From Amoebophrya sp. A120 (taxonomy: Eukaryota; Protista; Dinoflagellata), in NCBI GenBank assembly GCA_905178155.1, contig CAJINV010000003.1:692517-756516 (forward strand): a DNA stretch of 64,000 nucleotides, written 5' to 3'. Below the pieces are notes generated by a model. It made no database searches, was not told where the DNA came from, and saw only the letters and a program-made list of their open reading frames with translations. How positions within the stretch are numbered: position 1 is the stretch's first letter; every line of letters begins with the position of its first letter. Made by a program: the position numbers and the translations under genes. Shown piece by piece: positions 61,701-64,000 of the stretch.

Positions 61701-63945
61701 TTCGTCTTCAGGTGGACGCCCTCACATCTGGCGAACTACTATAATGATTTTGCAGACGCGATGGCCACAAGAGGCCTAGACCACAACAAGGGAAAAGAAC
61801 TACAGAGGCCCTTCTACAAAAAGGACACGACAGTGAACCTGCTCCGCCGACTAGTACAGGAAAGAACGAAAAACAAGTTTCTAGGCAGCACAAAATGTCA
61901 CCCATACCTGAAGCGGCGAGCTTTTTGCATGCGGGAATACAAAACAGAAGAAAAGCGCCCGCAGTATATAGACGCTATTATGTTTGCATTATGGATGGGG
62001 ACAGCGAAAAAAGGATTCCTAGGAATGGGAAAGCTCGAACACAACACAAAAAGGCCGCACCTAACAGGCATGAAATGCCAATACTGTGATAAGAAAGTTT
62101 TGCCGACCACCGACCACCTTTTGTATGAATGCCAGCAAGCAGATTTTGTAGAAGCAAGAGAGAAGTGCTTCGGCCTGCCAAAAATAACGAGTATGAAACA
62201 GCGATGCGAAATTCTAAAAAGCACGCAAATGACACGCAAAGTACTGACCTATCTTGAAATGACATCTGAAAACCAACCGGGAATACTACCAGAATCGCTA
62301 CGCAAAGCGATCCGGGAGAACGTGCAACGGGACACATCGGAGCAGCCGAAAGAAGAAAAAGAGCAGTTGAAATTGGACTCGGTCGCGCCGAATCACAAGG
62401 CGCTAGTGAGGCTAGTGCCGTGGGTGGACATGGTCTAGGAAGAGGAGGCGAATCAAGGCGGGTGCGCCTGCTACGAGTGCAACCCGAAGATGTGCACCTG
62501 TTTGCCGGTCTGGCGAAAAAGGCGACACAGAGCTACGAGATTCGGAGCGATTTGCAGCAGACGAAGAAACCCCCCGGTGTTGGGGCAGTCGGGGGAGGTA
62601 ATTCCCTACCGAAGTTCGGAAAGGTGCGAAGGTTTCCCGGACCGAAGTAAAGAGTACGGAATAGCATAGTTACTTGATCGCGCTAGATTTTTTATGTTCG
62701 TGTAGTCTTCCAGTAGTACTCTTCTTAGTAGGCTTCTTTCAGTTAAGACCAGTCAGTCAGGACACGCGCAAACATCTTTCACACCATAGCAGTTCACGTT
62801 CAAAACGAAGAAACAAAAATATAAAAAACAAAAATGAAACAGTTACACCTCAGTAAAAAGCTCCAACGTAGCAGCGAGCAGGAAGGAGAAAGTGCGTCAC
62901 ACGAGCGGGGTGCGTAGGGTGTTGGTGCGGGAGGAGCGGAACTACGCATTTCCAATCACACTGGTGACGCACGGCATCCGGGATGGCCGCAGCAGGAGTA
63001 CGAACACACAGAGAGGTTTTCCGTCTGAGTTTCCACACCGAAAAGTACGAAGACGCCAAATACGGGCACCATCGTCACAGAAGAAAAGGACAAAAATCGC
63101 AAAGAAGAGTACAGCTGATGCCCACTCAAAATTTCTAGGTCCCGTCGCGTAAAAATAGAGCGCAAGAAAAAAATAAAGAAAGAAGTACTACACGGAAGCG
63201 CAGCACCCAAAACACAAAGCAGGTCGTGGCAGACGCAGCCCGCGTAAGACTTCTACTAGAGGAGCGGCGCCTGCGTCTGTCCGGAGGAGGTGCCACTTCT
63301 GTTCTTTCGTAGTTTCGTTATGAGTGCTTCGTGTCCTGAGAGGAAATCCGGATATCAAAACTCAAAAACACACTCTTGCTGGTTGCAAAACCAAGTGCAA
63401 CCTACGCCGATGGCCCCGGCCGGGCGCAGGTAGAACTTCTTGTACTCGTTCACCACAACAGCGGGGGGATCGACGAACCCTCGCTGCGGGCTTCAGCCTA
63501 CAGGTAACTCTGTTGCGGTTGCCCCTCATTACTACGTCCTCGCGCAGTGGCTCACATCCTCTCGTCGAACAGGTGTGGCGTCTGGGCACTCCGGGTACGG
63601 GCCTTAGGTCACCAACCGGTTGTCGCTCCAGCGCCACAAACCCGAAACTCTCCAGTATACGTGTCCAGATACAAACAGGTCCAGAGAGCCACTGAGCATG
63701 CAGCAGCTGGGTTGGGTGGGGCGATCGCAGTACAGACTCGGTGTCGGGCCTCGAGCGGAAAAAGGAAGACAATGGGTGGCACTGAAGTCCTAGGTTTTGC
63801 ACACCCGGAAGGACTATTTGCCCACCTTTACCGATCTATTTCCAGCTCGGCTTGTCGATACCAGAACTATGTCCTATAGTTAAGCTTAAGAAAGTAAAAG
63901 ACTAGTAGATAGAAGCTTACTATAGAGGTTTCCTCCTCCTCCTCC
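58751..63945 (+). mobile_element. 5'-truncated non-LTR retrotransposon (~5.2 kb) with (TCC)n tail
   Basis: 16-bp TSD TCCCTCCAAGTGGATG at 58735-58750 and 63946-63961; the ORF is open back to the 5' junction; ~1.5-kb 3' UTR ends in TCC repeats. Confidence 0.88.
58797..62438 (+). CDS. Non-LTR ORF2 remnant: reverse transcriptase + RNase H + C-terminal CCHC; no endonuclease present
   Basis: RT motifs GRTPG, AVPK, RPVSL, DCCSGFDIV, GKPQGSPLS, YSDD, SLG; RNase H motifs YTDGG, DGECYG, FVDN, WTPSH, NDFADAMA; CQYC..HLLYEC. Confidence 0.92.
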   Translation: MMPEKMCDASVGTGMDYWTEGLRKPEDWQPNRQMSTAKADECLTKIRHAIHGAALETLKYIGKKKGKKAGKNVESSAGTNKRPAGNAPPTAPAPAVNEDMAAEVKDLDWQGVKERKGASRWSTGFPKVMVRGDFESRRKYLLRTTGNEAKSLDEANKILKAKKVNDVPTEEEATRAPSEICRIIKNFFRSKPFKVYEEFETRPASKDEVERAWTTAEQDYLKEKAEKDGGSTWPLSFLEVEAAIRKLQPGRTPGHCLTTHEMVRNAGPLLRWALFQCFEAYVYHATYPAQGRLISMAAVPKVAGGCYTEMLMRPVSLCSVYSKILDNIYDRRQSLWLDGHRWEGSEYKGLGPKVQPAFSNAYRQAHGKEFSTAVIVDGIFGEVSCKVVLNDCCSGFDIVCHVETLGALKAKVCPAQQCAAIAGFMKWRKIKLPGGKEYALWVGKPQGSPLSGSVWNGYTIDLIMEVLELQAIRVLSAYSDDITVVAKNTPEGEQVPSMMKKIGLTKKIFFDELKHKQIEYDSSKPNQKSRTGKGKSLGCIYDGTYTFRSHADEVQKKIMHEFHFLQSERGQSIKQKIMLMNAFAFPAITSISVVPFPFFTTSAKKEVAKTFASQIKQRLNIPRNCSNFLMYSATGLASPIDNILTDALMVFYKGAALDLWPFYLDEEDIPPARPSPEMSRDAEAFPPVPPVPESSPAVAAAGEGQQVAPQTQEESENELDELPDIFATWDLEDPICATTTHENPLWGRCNEAWSCRMNRIALSDEYRDLAQAAKSLQVGRQYWRGVNRITVLPMRQVAADFDVPDPGRLDDREEKDKARLEISQKNEQVTRSLLREKQTVVSYTDGGAKFERGSGGGASWHRTAQQGRRPAPIVVSCCCIESEIGDPEETTDPDSFDGECYGLLNHVKTLRAHSDPQWLKTITKHVFFVDNNGLLQAMKAFRDRSNVMIIKLVRELEELEKVSAPGCEFVFRWTPSHLANYYNDFADAMATRGLDHNKGKELQRPFYKKDTTVNLLRRLVQERTKNKFLGSTKCHPYLKRRAFCMREYKTEEKRPQYIDAIMFALWMGTAKKGFLGMGKLEHNTKRPHLTGMKCQYCDKKVLPTTDHLLYECQQADFVEAREKCFGLPKITSMKQRCEILKSTQMTRKVLTYLEMTSENQPGILPESLRKAIRENVQRDTSEQPKEEKEQLKLDSVAPNHKALVRLVPWVDMV

Positions 63946-64000
63946 TCCCTCCAAGTGGATGAAAGAAGACCAGTGCTGCTGGGTTACAGTGCAGGAAATC

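Noticed and set aside
62439-63945. A second ORF in the retrotransposon 3' region
   Set aside because: Only short overlapping ORFs without motifs; treated as 3' UTR.

Overview
Eukaryotic nuclear DNA with one 998-N gap (5270-6267). Gene content, single-strand gene order and intron style suggest a Syndiniales/Amoebophrya-like dinoflagellate; this assignment is inference. The first ~6.5 kb is repeat-rich: a RecQ-like helicase ORF, a 1.84-kb TIR element and an inverted minisatellite. Then come + strand genes for a PPR-SMR protein, a very long condensin II CAP-D3, an SRR1/methyltransferase fusion, a SET-domain protein, a SAPS/PP6 regulatory subunit, a Ppx/GppA phosphatase and an EML-like WD40 protein, followed by a 5'-truncated non-LTR retrotransposon (RT + RNase H, 16-bp TSD, (TCC)n tail). 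The dominant signal is 22 non-autonomous TIR elements ('introners', at least 9 TIR families, mostly TAT...ATA ends, 18 with an exact 5-bp TSD), all inserted in coding exons and in either orientation. In all 22 cases, removing the element plus 5 nt restores the reading frame, yet none of the 18 intact copies allows a precise GT-AG splice. Most families share an internal GCAT(G/T/C)ACAA motif, and one element carries a nested tandem insertion of a structured-RNA retro-like element.
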